Under the pieces are notes generated by a model that was not told the origin of the DNA, searched no databases, and worked only from the letters and a program-made list of their open reading frames with translations. The translations under genes were made by a program, and so were the position numbers. Shown here piece after piece: positions 28,830-38,663 of a stretch of 64,000 bases of DNA (position 1 is the first letter of the stretch; each line of letters opens with the position of its first letter). The DNA comes from Gammaproteobacteria bacterium (GTDB taxonomy: Bacteria; Pseudomonadota; Gammaproteobacteria; Pseudomonadales; UBA5518). The DNA is taken from assembly GCA_016718385.1 (NCBI GenBank), contig JADKDK010000009.1, positions 44,311 to 108,310 of the forward strand. The letters run 5' to 3'.

Positions 28830-29879
28830 ATGAGCCGATGGAACAGGGAAGAGATCGACACCTGCTTTCGCCGCTTCATGGACATCACGGACCGCGCGTT
28901 CATCGAGGGGGATCTGGAACCCTGGGTGCAGTGCTTCACCGAGGACGCCGTCTACAGCGACCTCGGCTACGGCTTCAATGGCGGCTGGGACACCGGGATC
29001 CGCGGCCGGGATGCGATCCGCGCCTGGATCAACGGCCACTTCGCGAGCTTTCCCAACAACCAGATGGCGTTCTGGCCCGTGCCCTGGTACGTGATCGACG
29101 CGCAGCGCGGCTGGGTGATCTGCGAGTGGCGCAACCGCATGCGCGATCCCGGCAACGGCATGGTCTTCGAGGAGAAGAACTACAGCCGCCTCAAATACGC
29201 GGGCAACATGCGGTGGAGCTTCGAGGAGGACATCTACAACCCGCTGCGCATGCGCACGATGATCGAGCTCTGGCGCCACGAACGCGCGCGCTGCGAGGCG
29301 GGCGGCCTGCCGATGCCCGAGCCCCGGCCGGAGCAGGCACTCGCAATGCACGAGGCCGCATGGGAGCACGACCTGAACCCGGGCTGGTCGCGCGCCGAGA
29401 TCGAGGACGCCGTGAGGCGATTCGAGGACGCCGGCAACCGCGCCTTCCAGACGGGCGACCACAGCGAGTGGCTGCAGTTCTACACGCCGGACGTGCAGTA
29501 CCGTGAGCTCGGCTTCGGCTTCGCGGGCGGCTGGGAGCACGAGATCCACGGCCGCGCCGCGGTCAAGCAGTGGATCGACCCGCACTGCGACGCCTGGCCG
29601 ATCAACCGCATGGTCGACTTCCCGATCGAATGGCACGTGATCGACGAGCAGCGCGGCTGGGTGCTGCTGGAGTACCGCAACATCATGGCCGACCCCGGCG
29701 ACGGCACCCGCCTCGAAACGCGCAGCTACACGCGGCTGAAGTACGGCGGCAACGGGCAGTGGCGCTTCGAGGAGGACATCTACAGCCCGCTGCGCATGCG
29801 CGCCATGCTGGACGCCTGGGTGCTGCTGAATTCGCGGGCGGGAGGATCGGGCGGCGCCGGGCAGAACCGTGCGACGTGA
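28830..29879 (+). CDS. Tandem double NTF2/SnoaL-like domain protein
   Basis: ATG 28830 (TTG 28806 is also possible). The two halves are clearly homologous, for example YSRLKYAGNMRWSFEEDIYNPLRMRTMIE against YTRLKYGGNGQWRFEEDIYSPLRMRAMLD. Confidence 0.6.
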   Translation: MSRWNREEIDTCFRRFMDITDRAFIEGDLEPWVQCFTEDAVYSDLGYGFNGGWDTGIRGRDAIRAWINGHFASFPNNQMAFWPVPWYVIDAQRGWVICEWRNRMRDPGNGMVFEEKNYSRLKYAGNMRWSFEEDIYNPLRMRTMIELWRHERARCEAGGLPMPEPRPEQALAMHEAAWEHDLNPGWSRAEIEDAVRRFEDAGNRAFQTGDHSEWLQFYTPDVQYRELGFGFAGGWEHEIHGRAAVKQWIDPHCDAWPINRMVDFPIEWHVIDEQRGWVLLEYRNIMADPGDGTRLETRSYTRLKYGGNGQWRFEEDIYSPLRMRAMLDAWVLLNSRAGGSGGAGQNRAT

Positions 29880-29903
29880 CAGCTACCGCGGAGGAACGCG
29901 ACG

Positions 29904-30773
29904 ATGGACGGGCGGGACAGAGGTACACCGGTAGGAGTCATCGGGCTCGGGCTCATCGGCGGGGCCTTGGCGAGACGCCTCGTCCAGACCGGCGAGGCGC
30001 CGGTGGTCTTCGATCTGCGCGCCGACGCCGTGGATGCCGCTGTCGGCGCCGGCGCGATCGCGGCGCCGTCTGCACGCGCGGTGGCCGAGCGCTGCGAGAT
30101 CGTGCTCCTGTGCGTGCAGACCGACGAGCAGTGCATGGCCGCCGTGTGCGGCGACGACGGTGCGCTCGCCGGTGCGCGGCCCGGCGGCTGCATCGCGGTG
30201 ATCTCGACGGTGCTGCCCGCGACGATCGCCACGCTTGCCGCGCAGGCCGCCGGGCGCAGCGTCGCGCTGGTCGACACGCCCGTGGCCGGGCGCGGCATGT
30301 TCAGCATTGGCGAGGGCAACATGTCGGTGCTGGTCGGGGACGACGGCGAGCTCGCCGCACGGCTCGAACCCACGCTGCTGCGCTTCGCCTCACGCGTGGT
30401 GCGGGCCGGACGTCTCGGCAGCGGCGCGGCGGTGAAGCTCGCGCACAACGTGATCGTCTTCGCCGGCTTCGCCGCGACGATCGAGGCGGTCGAACTGGCG
30501 CGGGCCGCCGGCGTGCGCGACGGGCTCGTCGAGGAGGTCGCGCAGGGCAGCGGGGCGCTGTCGGCGCTGAGCGCGTTCCACGCCCCGTTCTACAAGCACT
30601 TTCGCGACGACCCGCACCGCGTCGACGAGGACGCGATGCTCGAGGTCGCCGCGGCGCTCCTCGAGAAGGACCTCTCCGATGCTGTCGCGCTCGCCGAAGC
30701 GCACGGTCTCGAGCTCCCGGTCGCGCGGCTGCTGCGCCACTCCGGCGCGGCGATCTTCCAAGCCCGTCGCTGA
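29904..30773 (+). CDS. NAD(P)-dependent oxidoreductase, 3-hydroxyisobutyrate/6-phosphogluconate dehydrogenase-like
   Basis: GGAGGA-N8-ATG start. Rossmann motif VGVIGLGLIGGALARRL and the central GSGAAVKLAHN motif. Confidence 0.75.
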   Translation: MDGRDRGTPVGVIGLGLIGGALARRLVQTGEAPVVFDLRADAVDAAVGAGAIAAPSARAVAERCEIVLLCVQTDEQCMAAVCGDDGALAGARPGGCIAVISTVLPATIATLAAQAAGRSVALVDTPVAGRGMFSIGEGNMSVLVGDDGELAARLEPTLLRFASRVVRAGRLGSGAAVKLAHNVIVFAGFAATIEAVELARAAGVRDGLVEEVAQGSGALSALSAFHAPFYKHFRDDPHRVDEDAMLEVAAALLEKDLSDAVALAEAHGLELPVARLLRHSGAAIFQARR

Positions 30774-30917
30774 CTGAGCCCGATCCGCGCCCCGCGACCG
30801 CGAGCATGGCGCCAGGCTCGCGCGCTGCTTGCGCGGGCAACACGCTCGGGCCGTATACTCGCCGCCGCCGCGCCCGGTGCGCGGCGATGACAATCCCCCA
30901 CACAGGAAGCAGGCATC

Positions 30918-32011
30918 GTGTACCCCAGACTCTTCTCCCCCTTGCAGCTCGGCGCGATCGAGCTGAAGAACCGCATCGTCATGGCCGCGATGACGCGGGC
31001 GCGCTCACCAGCCACGGTACCCAACGCGGCCAACGCGACCTACTACGCGCAGCGCGCGGGTGCCGGCCTGATCATCACCGAGGCCACGCAGGTCTCGATC
31101 CAGGGCCGCGGCGCCTGGGCGACGCCCGGCATCCATACGCCGGAGCAGATCGCGGGTTGGCGGCGGGTCACGGACGCCGTGCACGCCGCCGGCGGGAAGA
31201 TCTTCTGCCAGCTCCAGCACTCGGGCCGCGTCTCGCACACCTTCTACCAGAGGACGGGCGACCGCCCGTTTCCTCCTCGGCGGTCAAGGGAGCGGTGAAG
31301 ACCTTCATCGACACCGGCTTCGTCGATACGCCCGCGCCGCGTGCACTCGGCATCGAGGAGATCCCCGGCGTCGTCGAGCAGTATCGCGCCGGTGCGCTCA
31401 ATGCGATCGCCGCGGGCTTCGACGGCGTCGAGATCCACGGTGCGAACGGCTACCTGGTCGAACAGTTCCTGCGCGACGGCGTGAACCGCCGCGCCGACGC
31501 CTACGGTGGCACCGTCGAGAACCGCTGCCGCTTCCTGCTCGAGGTCACCGACGCGGTCTGCGCGGCGGTTGGCGCGCAGCGCACCGCGGTGCGGCTCTCG
31601 CCGTTCTCCGTGACCTGGGACTGCAGCGACAGCGACCCCAAGCCGCTCTACTCGCACGCCGTCGCGCAACTCGCCACGCGCGACCTCGCGTTCCTCGAGG
31701 TGGTCGAGGCCATCAACGAGGCCGGTGACATCAGCTCCGGGGGCGCGAGCAACGCCTTCAACATCACGCACATCCTGGCGGCGTACAACGGACGGCTGGT
31801 CATCAACGGCGGCTATGACGCCGTGCGTGCCGAGGCGGTGCTCGCGCGGCCGGGCATCGACGCCGTCTCCTTCGCCCGGCCGTTCATCTGCAATCCCGAT
31901 CTCGCGGAGCGCTTCGCGCGCGGCGCGCCGCTCACGCCGATGGCCGATCCGGCGGTGATCTACGGCGGCGGCGAGGCGGGCTACATCGATTTTGCGCGCA
32001 TGGCGGGCTGA
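30918..32011 (+). pseudogene. Old Yellow Enzyme family NADH:flavin oxidoreductase (NemA-like), 1-nt frame shift near 31245-31256
   Basis: GTG 30918 (MYPRLFSPLQLGAIELKNRIVMAAMTR ... QLQHSGRVSHTFYQ). The protein then continues in the frame of ORF 29570..32011 (EDGRPPVSSSAVKG...GFDGVEIHGANGYLVEQFLRD...). The span is 1094 nt (3n+2). Confidence 0.85.
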
Positions 32012-32021
32012 ACCGGCCACA

Positions 32022-32117
32022 GAAGAAGCGGGCGCGCTCGGCCCACGCCATGCCCTTGCCGAAGCCGGTGCGCGGAACGTTCATGCCGTACCGTCCCTCG
32101 GGGTGCAGCCGCGACAG
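32022..32117 (-). pseudogene. Short remnant of a mutase-like gene (about 30 codons)
   Basis: The - strand reads ...EGRYGMNVPRTGFGKGMAWAERARFF. Positions 32032-32070 match 25831-25869 (inside the mutase gene, ...TGFGKGMAWAKRA) at 38/39 nt. It is wedged between the OYE stop and the SDR stop. Confidence 0.4.
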
Positions 32118-32120
32118 GGT

Positions 32121-32894
32121 TCAATTGTGCACGCCACCGTCGATCTTGACGACCTCCCCGGTCATGTGGGCGCCGTCGTCGGAGGCGAGCATCGCGACCA
32201 CCCCGGCGACGTGCTCCGGCTTGCCGAACACCCCGTCCGGGCGCGACAGGTGCCCGAACAGGCTGAGATCCAGCCTGCCCATGCTTTCCCCCTGCGCGGC
32301 CGTCATCGGGGTGGCGATACCGCCGGGCGCCACCGCGTTCACGCGCACGCCCTGCTTCAGGTACTCCCACGCCAGAGTGCGCGTCAGTGCGAACACCCCG
32401 CCCTTGCTGGCGGCGTAGGCGGCCATGTAGGGGTGCCCGAACAGCGACGAGGTCGAGGCCGCGTTGACGATATTGCCGCGCGTGGCAACCAGGGCCGGGA
32501 GCGCCTCGCGGCAGAACAGGAAGGTGCCGACCAGGTTCACGTCGAGCAACTGGCGGAACAGTTCGAGCGTGGTGCTGGTGGTTGCTTCGGAACGCAGGAT
32601 GCCCGCCAGGTTCACCAGCACGTCGAGCTTGCCTTCGGTGGCCAGCACGTCGGCGACCACGCGCTGCGCGGTGGACTCCTCGGCGACCGAGCCGCTCAGG
32701 TAACGTGCGCTGCCCCCGGCGCCGGCGCCCGCGTTGGCGCGCGTCACGGTCTCGCACAGACCGGTCTCGTTGGTATCGACACCGATCACGGTCGCGCCCT
32801 CGGCGACCAGGCGCACCACGGTCGCCTGCCCGATCCCCGATGCCGCGCCGGTAAGGATCACCGTCCTGCCGGTGAAACGCTGCAATGCCGTCAT
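32121..32894 (-). CDS. Short-chain dehydrogenase/reductase (SDR)
   Basis: ATG 32894 (MTALQRFTGRTVILTGAASGIG), the catalytic YAASKGGV, and the C-terminal GEVVKIDGGVHN. Confidence 0.88.
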   Translation of the reverse strand: MTALQRFTGRTVILTGAASGIGQATVVRLVAEGATVIGVDTNETGLCETVTRANAGAGAGGSARYLSGSVAEESTAQRVVADVLATEGKLDVLVNLAGILRSEATTSTTLELFRQLLDVNLVGTFLFCREALPALVATRGNIVNAASTSSLFGHPYMAAYAASKGGVFALTRTLAWEYLKQGVRVNAVAPGGIATPMTAAQGESMGRLDLSLFGHLSRPDGVFGKPEHVAGVVAMLASDDGAHMTGEVVKIDGGVHN

Positions 32895-33060
32895 AGGTTC
32901 ACCTTCTGTCTGTCTGCAATGGATGAAAACGCGCGCGGCGGCGCCTGCACGCCCGAACGGCGCGCCGTATGCATGGTCGACGCACGCGCGACGGTGTGCG
33001 GCGCCCGCATCATGTGAAAGCAACGGCCGCGGCAGACATGCGCAACGCCGCGGCCGGCGC

Positions 33061-35724
33061 TCAGATCGTGCCCTGGACGAACTCCGCGACCGCCACCGGA
33101 TCGATCACCGGACGCGGATTGAACATCGTGCTGGGGTCGCTCATCGTGCCGACGACGATCTGCTCGAAGTTCTGCCTGATGCGTTCGGCCGGCACCAATT
33201 CCGATAGACGCGTGGGCTGCCCGATGCGCTTCATCAACGCTTCGACCGCATCGGCCGCGGCGTCGGCCGCCTCGGCATCGCTCATGCCGTGCGTGTTCAC
33301 GCCGAGCGCCTGCGCCACCTCGGCCAGCCGCTTCGAGGCGTGGTCGCGGTTGAAACGCATCGCCGCCGGCAACGCGATGCCGCAGCCCGTGCCGTGATGC
33401 ACGCCGAGCAGCATGCCGATCGTGTGCGCATAGCAGTGCGCGATGCCGAGTCCCGGCCCCAGCGCCATGCCGCCCAGCGTGGAGGCAACCAGCATGTTCT
33501 GACGCGCCTCGAGGTCGGCGCCGTCGGCCACTACGCGCTCGAGGTTGTCGCGCACCAGGCGCACCGACTGCAGGCCGAGCCCGACCGTGATCGGGTTGCC
33601 GGTCGGATTCACGACGCTCTCGATCGCGTGCGTCAGCGCGTCCATGCCGGTACCGATCGTGATGTGCTTCGGCAGCCCCGTCACCAGCGTCGGATCGAGG
33701 ATCGCGACGTCGGGACACAGGTTCACGTCATTGATGAAGAACTTGCGGTGCAGCCGGCTGTTCGTGATCACGCCCGCGGTCGTGACCTCGCTGCCGGTGC
33801 CGTGCGTCGTGGGAACCGAGACGTGCGGCAGTTGCCGGCCCTCGAGACGCATCAGGCTCATGGCCTGCAGCGCCGAACCGCCGCCCGTGAGCGCGACCAG
33901 AGTCAGCTTCGCGCAGTCGATCGAGCTGCCGCCGCCGAGGCTGACCAGGCTGTCGGCCTGCACCGAGCGGCAGTAATCGAGCGCCTCCTGCGCGCACTCG
34001 TAGGTCGGATCCGGCACCACGCCGTCGAAGACGCCCACGCAGCGCTCGCCGGCGGCGAGCAGCGCACGGTCCACCAGCCCGGCGGCGCGCACGCCGGCGT
34101 CGGTGATGATCACCGCGCGGCGCGCGCCGAGGATGCGCAGCTCGTTGCCTAGCCCGGCCAGCGCCTTCGCTCCGCACAGGATCTTGCTCGGCACCTTGTA
34201 GACGAAGTTCTGCCCCGGCGGATACGCGAACAACGCGCCGAAGGTGCCGCGATTCGCGTTGCCCTCGTTGGAGATGTAGATCGACTTGGTCTGCGTGTAG
34301 CTCTTCAGCCCTTCCTCGCCGAACTCGCGCCCCATGCCGCTGCTCTTGTAGCCGCCGAAGGGCACGAAGTCGGCCAGCATCGAGATGTCGTTGATCGACA
34401 GGATGCCGGTGCGCACGCGGTTCGCGAGGCGCCGCGCGCGCCGCGTGTCGGTCGAGAACACGCAACCCGCGAGGCCGAAATCGCTGTCGTTGGCGATCGC
34501 CACCGCCTCGTCGTCACCGTCGAAGGGGATCACCGCCAGCACCGGCCCGAAGATCTCCTCGCGCGCGACACGCATCGAGTTCGTGACCCCGATCAGGATG
34601 GTCGGCGCGAAGTAATACCCGCTGTCGTAACCGGGCCCGCTCACCCGGTGCCCGCCGCAGGCGAGCTGCGCGCCTTCCTCGCGCGCGAGTTCCACGTAAC
34701 GCTCCACCGTCTCGAGTTGCTTGCGGCTGGCGAGGGGGCCCATCTTCGTGTCGGGCAGCAGCTGGTAGCCGACCTTCAGGTCCTGGATCCGCCGCGTCAG
34801 GCGCGCGACGAACTCGTCGTGGATGCCGCGCGCGAGCAACAGTCGCGAGCCCGAGATGCACACCTGGCCCGCGTTCTGGAAATTGGCCGTGATCGCACCG
34901 TCGACCGCCACGTCGAGATCGGCGTCGTCGAGCACGATGTTGGCGGACTTGCCGCCGAGTTCCAGCGTCACCGGCTTCAGCCCGCCGGCCGCCGCGTTCA
35001 TGGTCGACTTGCCGACGTCGCTGCTGCCGGTGAACGAGATCTTGTCGACGCCGGGATGCGAGGACAGCGCCTCGCCGACGCTGCCGCCCGGCCCCGTGAT
35101 CACGTTGAGCACGCCCGGCGGTATCCCGGCCTGGTTCGCCAGCGCGGCGATCACCAGCGCCGACAGCGGCGTGGACGAGGCCGGCTTCAGCACCAGTGTG
35201 TTGCCCATCACCAGCGCGTGGGTGATCTTCCACATCGCCATCGCGTAGGGAACGTTCCACGGCGCGATCGCGGCGCACACACCGATCGGCTCGTGCCGGA
35301 TCACGTTCTCGCCCCACGCGAACACCGATCCCGAATGCGCGACCTCCTCCTCCCAGCGGAACTTGTTGGCCGCGTACCAGGCGAGGTTGCGCATGGTGTT
35401 GCACGACACCCACAGACCGCCGGCGACCCACGCCAGCGGCGACCCGTTGCTGCGGCTGTCGGCCATCGCGATGGCGCCCGCGTTCGCCTCGACGAGATCG
35501 GCGAAGTGGAACATGATGTCGGCCCGCTCGCCGGGCGCGAGGCCGCTCCAGACACCCGAATCGAAGGCCGCGCGCGCGGCACGCACGGCGGCGTCCACGT
35601 CGCGCTGGTCGCAGCTCGGCACTTCGGCGAAAGCCTCGCCGGTGCCGGGGTCGATGACCTGCATCGTCTTGCCGCCGAGCGCGTCGGCGAACCCGCCGCC
35701 GATGAACATCTGGTATTTGTCCAT
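33061..35724 (-). CDS. Fusion protein: aldehyde dehydrogenase + iron-containing alcohol dehydrogenase, 887 aa (paralogue of 19641..22304)
   Basis: ATG 35724 (MDKYQMFIGG). It has the same length and the same motifs as the first copy, and roughly 80-90% aa identity by eye. Confidence 0.85.
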   Translation of the reverse strand: MDKYQMFIGGGFADALGGKTMQVIDPGTGEAFAEVPSCDQRDVDAAVRAARAAFDSGVWSGLAPGERADIMFHFADLVEANAGAIAMADSRSNGSPLAWVAGGLWVSCNTMRNLAWYAANKFRWEEEVAHSGSVFAWGENVIRHEPIGVCAAIAPWNVPYAMAMWKITHALVMGNTLVLKPASSTPLSALVIAALANQAGIPPGVLNVITGPGGSVGEALSSHPGVDKISFTGSSDVGKSTMNAAAGGLKPVTLELGGKSANIVLDDADLDVAVDGAITANFQNAGQVCISGSRLLLARGIHDEFVARLTRRIQDLKVGYQLLPDTKMGPLASRKQLETVERYVELAREEGAQLACGGHRVSGPGYDSGYYFAPTILIGVTNSMRVAREEIFGPVLAVIPFDGDDEAVAIANDSDFGLAGCVFSTDTRRARRLANRVRTGILSINDISMLADFVPFGGYKSSGMGREFGEEGLKSYTQTKSIYISNEGNANRGTFGALFAYPPGQNFVYKVPSKILCGAKALAGLGNELRILGARRAVIITDAGVRAAGLVDRALLAAGERCVGVFDGVVPDPTYECAQEALDYCRSVQADSLVSLGGGSSIDCAKLTLVALTGGGSALQAMSLMRLEGRQLPHVSVPTTHGTGSEVTTAGVITNSRLHRKFFINDVNLCPDVAILDPTLVTGLPKHITIGTGMDALTHAIESVVNPTGNPITVGLGLQSVRLVRDNLERVVADGADLEARQNMLVASTLGGMALGPGLGIAHCYAHTIGMLLGVHHGTGCGIALPAAMRFNRDHASKRLAEVAQALGVNTHGMSDAEAADAAADAVEALMKRIGQPTRLSELVPAERIRQNFEQIVVGTMSDPSTMFNPRPVIDPVAVAEFVQGTI

Positions 35725-35807
35725 GATGACCTCTGTATACCGTGAGTCGAATTGCCACCTGCCACGGGGGAGCCGCACCGGTCGGCACGCCCCGCAGCGA
35801 CCGGCCA

Positions 35808-35847
35808 CAGATTAAACTTAGCCGTAAGCCTGATCCAGTGAAGATTT
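35808..35847 (-). promoter_or_regulatory. Conserved AT-rich 40-nt element upstream of the ALDH::ADH gene (copy 2)
   Basis: cagattaaacttagccgtaagcctgatccagtgaagattt lies 84-123 nt upstream of the start and matches copy 1 at 35/40 positions. Confidence 0.4.
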
Positions 35848-36123
35848 GGTGAGGGGCCGTGCCGGCACTAGGGCCTGCGGCAGCCCGAAACTCACCGAAT
35901 CCCGGGCCGCGGGATACCCGATCGCTCGCCGCGGCATGTACTCGAAGCGATCGTCGCGCTACTCGTACAGCGCCACCTTGATTGCCGCCACGACACCGGC
36001 CACGAGCACCAGCGCGGTGATGACCAACACGGTGACGGGCAATGACCGGCCCAGTCGTCTTGGGATACCCGTCGATTACGTCAGCCGGGCCGCGGGTGGA
36101 CTCTGGCCGCATCGATCCAGCAC

Positions 36124-38622
36124 TCAACCGCCTCCGAACGCGTAGCGGACGCTGAGTCCGAGCTCGCGCTCCGGCAGCACCGATACACCGCGATAGCCCG
36201 ATGAGAATTCTGCCAGAGTCGCATCGGAATCGAGCTGCAGCAACGTATCCTCGTCGAGCGCGTTCTTGGCCCACAACGTCACGTCCCAGACGCCGTCGCT
36301 GCTGCGCACACCCGCATACAGATTCAGCATCGTGTACGCCTTTCGCTCGAACCCCGTGCTGAAATTGTCATTGTCGGGCTGGTAGTTCAACAGCCCGCGC
36401 AGGTAGTACTCCACGGTGTCGCGTGGCATCACGTACTCCGACTGCAGCGTCGCGTTCCAGTCGGGCAGGTTCGAAATCGCGTCGTCGGACCGGCAGAATG
36501 CGACCACTGTGCCTTGCGGCCATGCCGCAACCGGTGGATTCGATCCGTTGTCGGACTTGCCGTCGAAGTCCGAATCACGACACGGCACCTCGGCATCGTC
36601 GTACTCGCCCTTCTGCGTGCTGAACATGAACTGCGTGGTCCAGTCCGGCGTGATCATCCAGAACACATCGGCCTCGAAGCCGTAGGCGATCGCATCGGCG
36701 TTGTACGTGAAACCGCCCTCGCTCACCGTCTGGGTGTTCGTGTCCAGGTAAGGGACATCCTCGAAGCGACCGATGAAGCCCTCGAAACTCTGGTGGAACA
36801 GGGCCGCGTTCAGGCGCAGCCGGCGATCCAGCCACTCGGACTTGATGCCGAGTTCGAACGCGTCCGATTCCTCCGGCGCTCCGAATACCAGATCGTCGGG
36901 CACATCCGCCGTGATTCCCACCGTGATCCCCGGCGGCCGCCACGAGTGCGCTGCCGTAAAATAGACCATCACGTCATCGCTCACACGGTACTTCACGGAA
37001 GCGTCGTACACCCACTCCTTGTAGGTGTCTCCAGCCGGGGTAAACGTCGACGGCAACGCGATTCTGATATCGCAGTAGCCTGTGTAGAACTCGCGCACCC
37101 ACTCCGAACCTGGACCCGCGGGCGCAGGCGCCACGCTATTCAGTATCGTCGGACAAAGACCGGACGCCAGATTGTCGAGCGGCACACCCGGGGTAATCGG
37201 CGCCGGATTCAGAAACGGAGCGAATACGAACGTCTCGGAACGATCGCTTTCCTCCTCGAGATAGCGCGCACCGACGCCGATATCGAGCCGATCGTTCACG
37301 TGAAAGTCGAGGTGCCCGAACACTGCCTTGTTCTCGGCTCCCGCCGGAATCCGGATATCGAGCCCGAGCAGATACTCCTGCACCGCGGGGCCACGAGGTA
37401 CCGCAGGAATACCGAAGGCTCCGGTGAGTTCGGCGGACTGGTGCAATTTCGTATCGGTTTCGGTGTCGCTGTACCAGAGCCCGAGGTTGTAGTCCACGCG
37501 GCGCTCGCCGGCGGACTCGAGCCGCAGTTCGTGCGACGTAACCTCGAAGTCGGTGCGCACCTGCTGCAGTTGCAAATGGTCGACGATCGCATTGCCGACG
37601 TCGAGATCACTAGCGAAGCGGTTCTTCAGGTCCTGATAGCCGCCGATATAGACCAGCCTGTGCCCAGCGCCTTCCCAACTCGCCTGAAGCGATGTCAAAG
37701 CGATATCCTGCTCCTGCGTACCGATCCCCTCGACGACGCTCCGACGATCACTGGCGGACAATGCGGGGCCGTTGTAACCGGCGCCCGGTCCCTGCACGAA
37801 ATCGAAACGCTCGACGTCGCGATCCATTTGGTGATGCGTGAACAGGAAGCTCAGGTTCTCGACGGGCTCGAACAGCACGGTCGCTCTCACGCCCTCGTCA
37901 TCCACTTCCTGCTCGTCACCGGCCAACGTCCTGCCACCGGGCCCTTCGTTGACGTTCCTGATCGCGGCAACGCGCAGCGCCAGTTTGTCCTGCACCAACG
38001 GCACGTTCAGCGCGGCCTGGAGGTTCTGCGCGTCCGCGTCCGAGAACGAGGCCGACACAGTGCCACCGACGTCGTTCAGGTCCGGGCGCCGCGTGATCAC
38101 CGTAACCGCCCCGGCCGGCGCCGGACGCCCGCGCAGCGTGCCCTGCGGGCCGCGCAGCAATTCCATCTGCTGGACATCGAACAGGCTGTTGAACACGTAG
38201 ACGGCGTCGACCGGCAGTTCGTTGATGTAGACGTCGACCGCCGGCGGCGCCGAGGAGTTCGGTGCGAAACCGATGCCGCGCACCGCGATCACACCGGGTT
38301 CGCGCGCGGTGCTGGTCATCGCGAGGCCCGGAGTCACGGCAGCGAAATCGTCGAACTCGAACAGCTTGAGCTCATCCAGTTGCTGCCCGGTCAGCGCGGT
38401 CACCGACAGCGCGACTTCCTGCAGATTCTGTGCGCGCCGCGTCGCGGTGACGACGATTTCCTCCAGGACAGCGTCGTCGCCGCTTGGCTGAGCGGACGCG
38501 GGGTGTACGGCCGCTACAGCGGCCGCTACGGCGAAGAATAGCGCGCCGCGGCGCATGTGATGGCCGTACCGTCGCGAACGCCCCGCTGCGTAAGGCAGCC
38601 GTGTGGTCGACAGTGTGTTCAT
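36124..38622 (-). CDS. TonB-dependent receptor
   Basis: 832-aa ORF. The likely start is ATG 38556 (MRRGALFFAVAAAVAAVHPASA signal peptide). Plug motif LEEIVVTATRRAQNLQEVALSV. It begins 42-108 nt downstream of the cluster A isomerase-like gene. Confidence 0.9.
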   Translation of the reverse strand: MNTLSTTRLPYAAGRSRRYGHHMRRGALFFAVAAAVAAVHPASAQPSGDDAVLEEIVVTATRRAQNLQEVALSVTALTGQQLDELKLFEFDDFAAVTPGLAMTSTAREPGVIAVRGIGFAPNSSAPPAVDVYINELPVDAVYVFNSLFDVQQMELLRGPQGTLRGRPAPAGAVTVITRRPDLNDVGGTVSASFSDADAQNLQAALNVPLVQDKLALRVAAIRNVNEGPGGRTLAGDEQEVDDEGVRATVLFEPVENLSFLFTHHQMDRDVERFDFVQGPGAGYNGPALSASDRRSVVEGIGTQEQDIALTSLQASWEGAGHRLVYIGGYQDLKNRFASDLDVGNAIVDHLQLQQVRTDFEVTSHELRLESAGERRVDYNLGLWYSDTETDTKLHQSAELTGAFGIPAVPRGPAVQEYLLGLDIRIPAGAENKAVFGHLDFHVNDRLDIGVGARYLEEESDRSETFVFAPFLNPAPITPGVPLDNLASGLCPTILNSVAPAPAGPGSEWVREFYTGYCDIRIALPSTFTPAGDTYKEWVYDASVKYRVSDDVMVYFTAAHSWRPPGITVGITADVPDDLVFGAPEESDAFELGIKSEWLDRRLRLNAALFHQSFEGFIGRFEDVPYLDTNTQTVSEGGFTYNADAIAYGFEADVFWMITPDWTTQFMFSTQKGEYDDAEVPCRDSDFDGKSDNGSNPPVAAWPQGTVVAFCRSDDAISNLPDWNATLQSEYVMPRDTVEYYLRGLLNYQPDNDNFSTGFERKAYTMLNLYAGVRSSDGVWDVTLWAKNALDEDTLLQLDSDATLAEFSSGYRGVSVLPERELGLSVRYAFGGG

Positions 38623-38663
38623 GGTTCGCCTCCGATGTTATGGGTGTGATGTGGAACCTGGTT

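Noticed and set aside
35959-36066. Small hydrophobic ORF on the - strand (…LPVTVLVITALVLVAGVVAAIKVALYE-stop) between the TonB receptor and the second ALDH::ADH gene
   Set aside because: It has no ATG start or convincing ribosome-binding site, is only about 30 codons long, and has no counterpart upstream of the first ALDH::ADH copy. It is kept only as a possibility.
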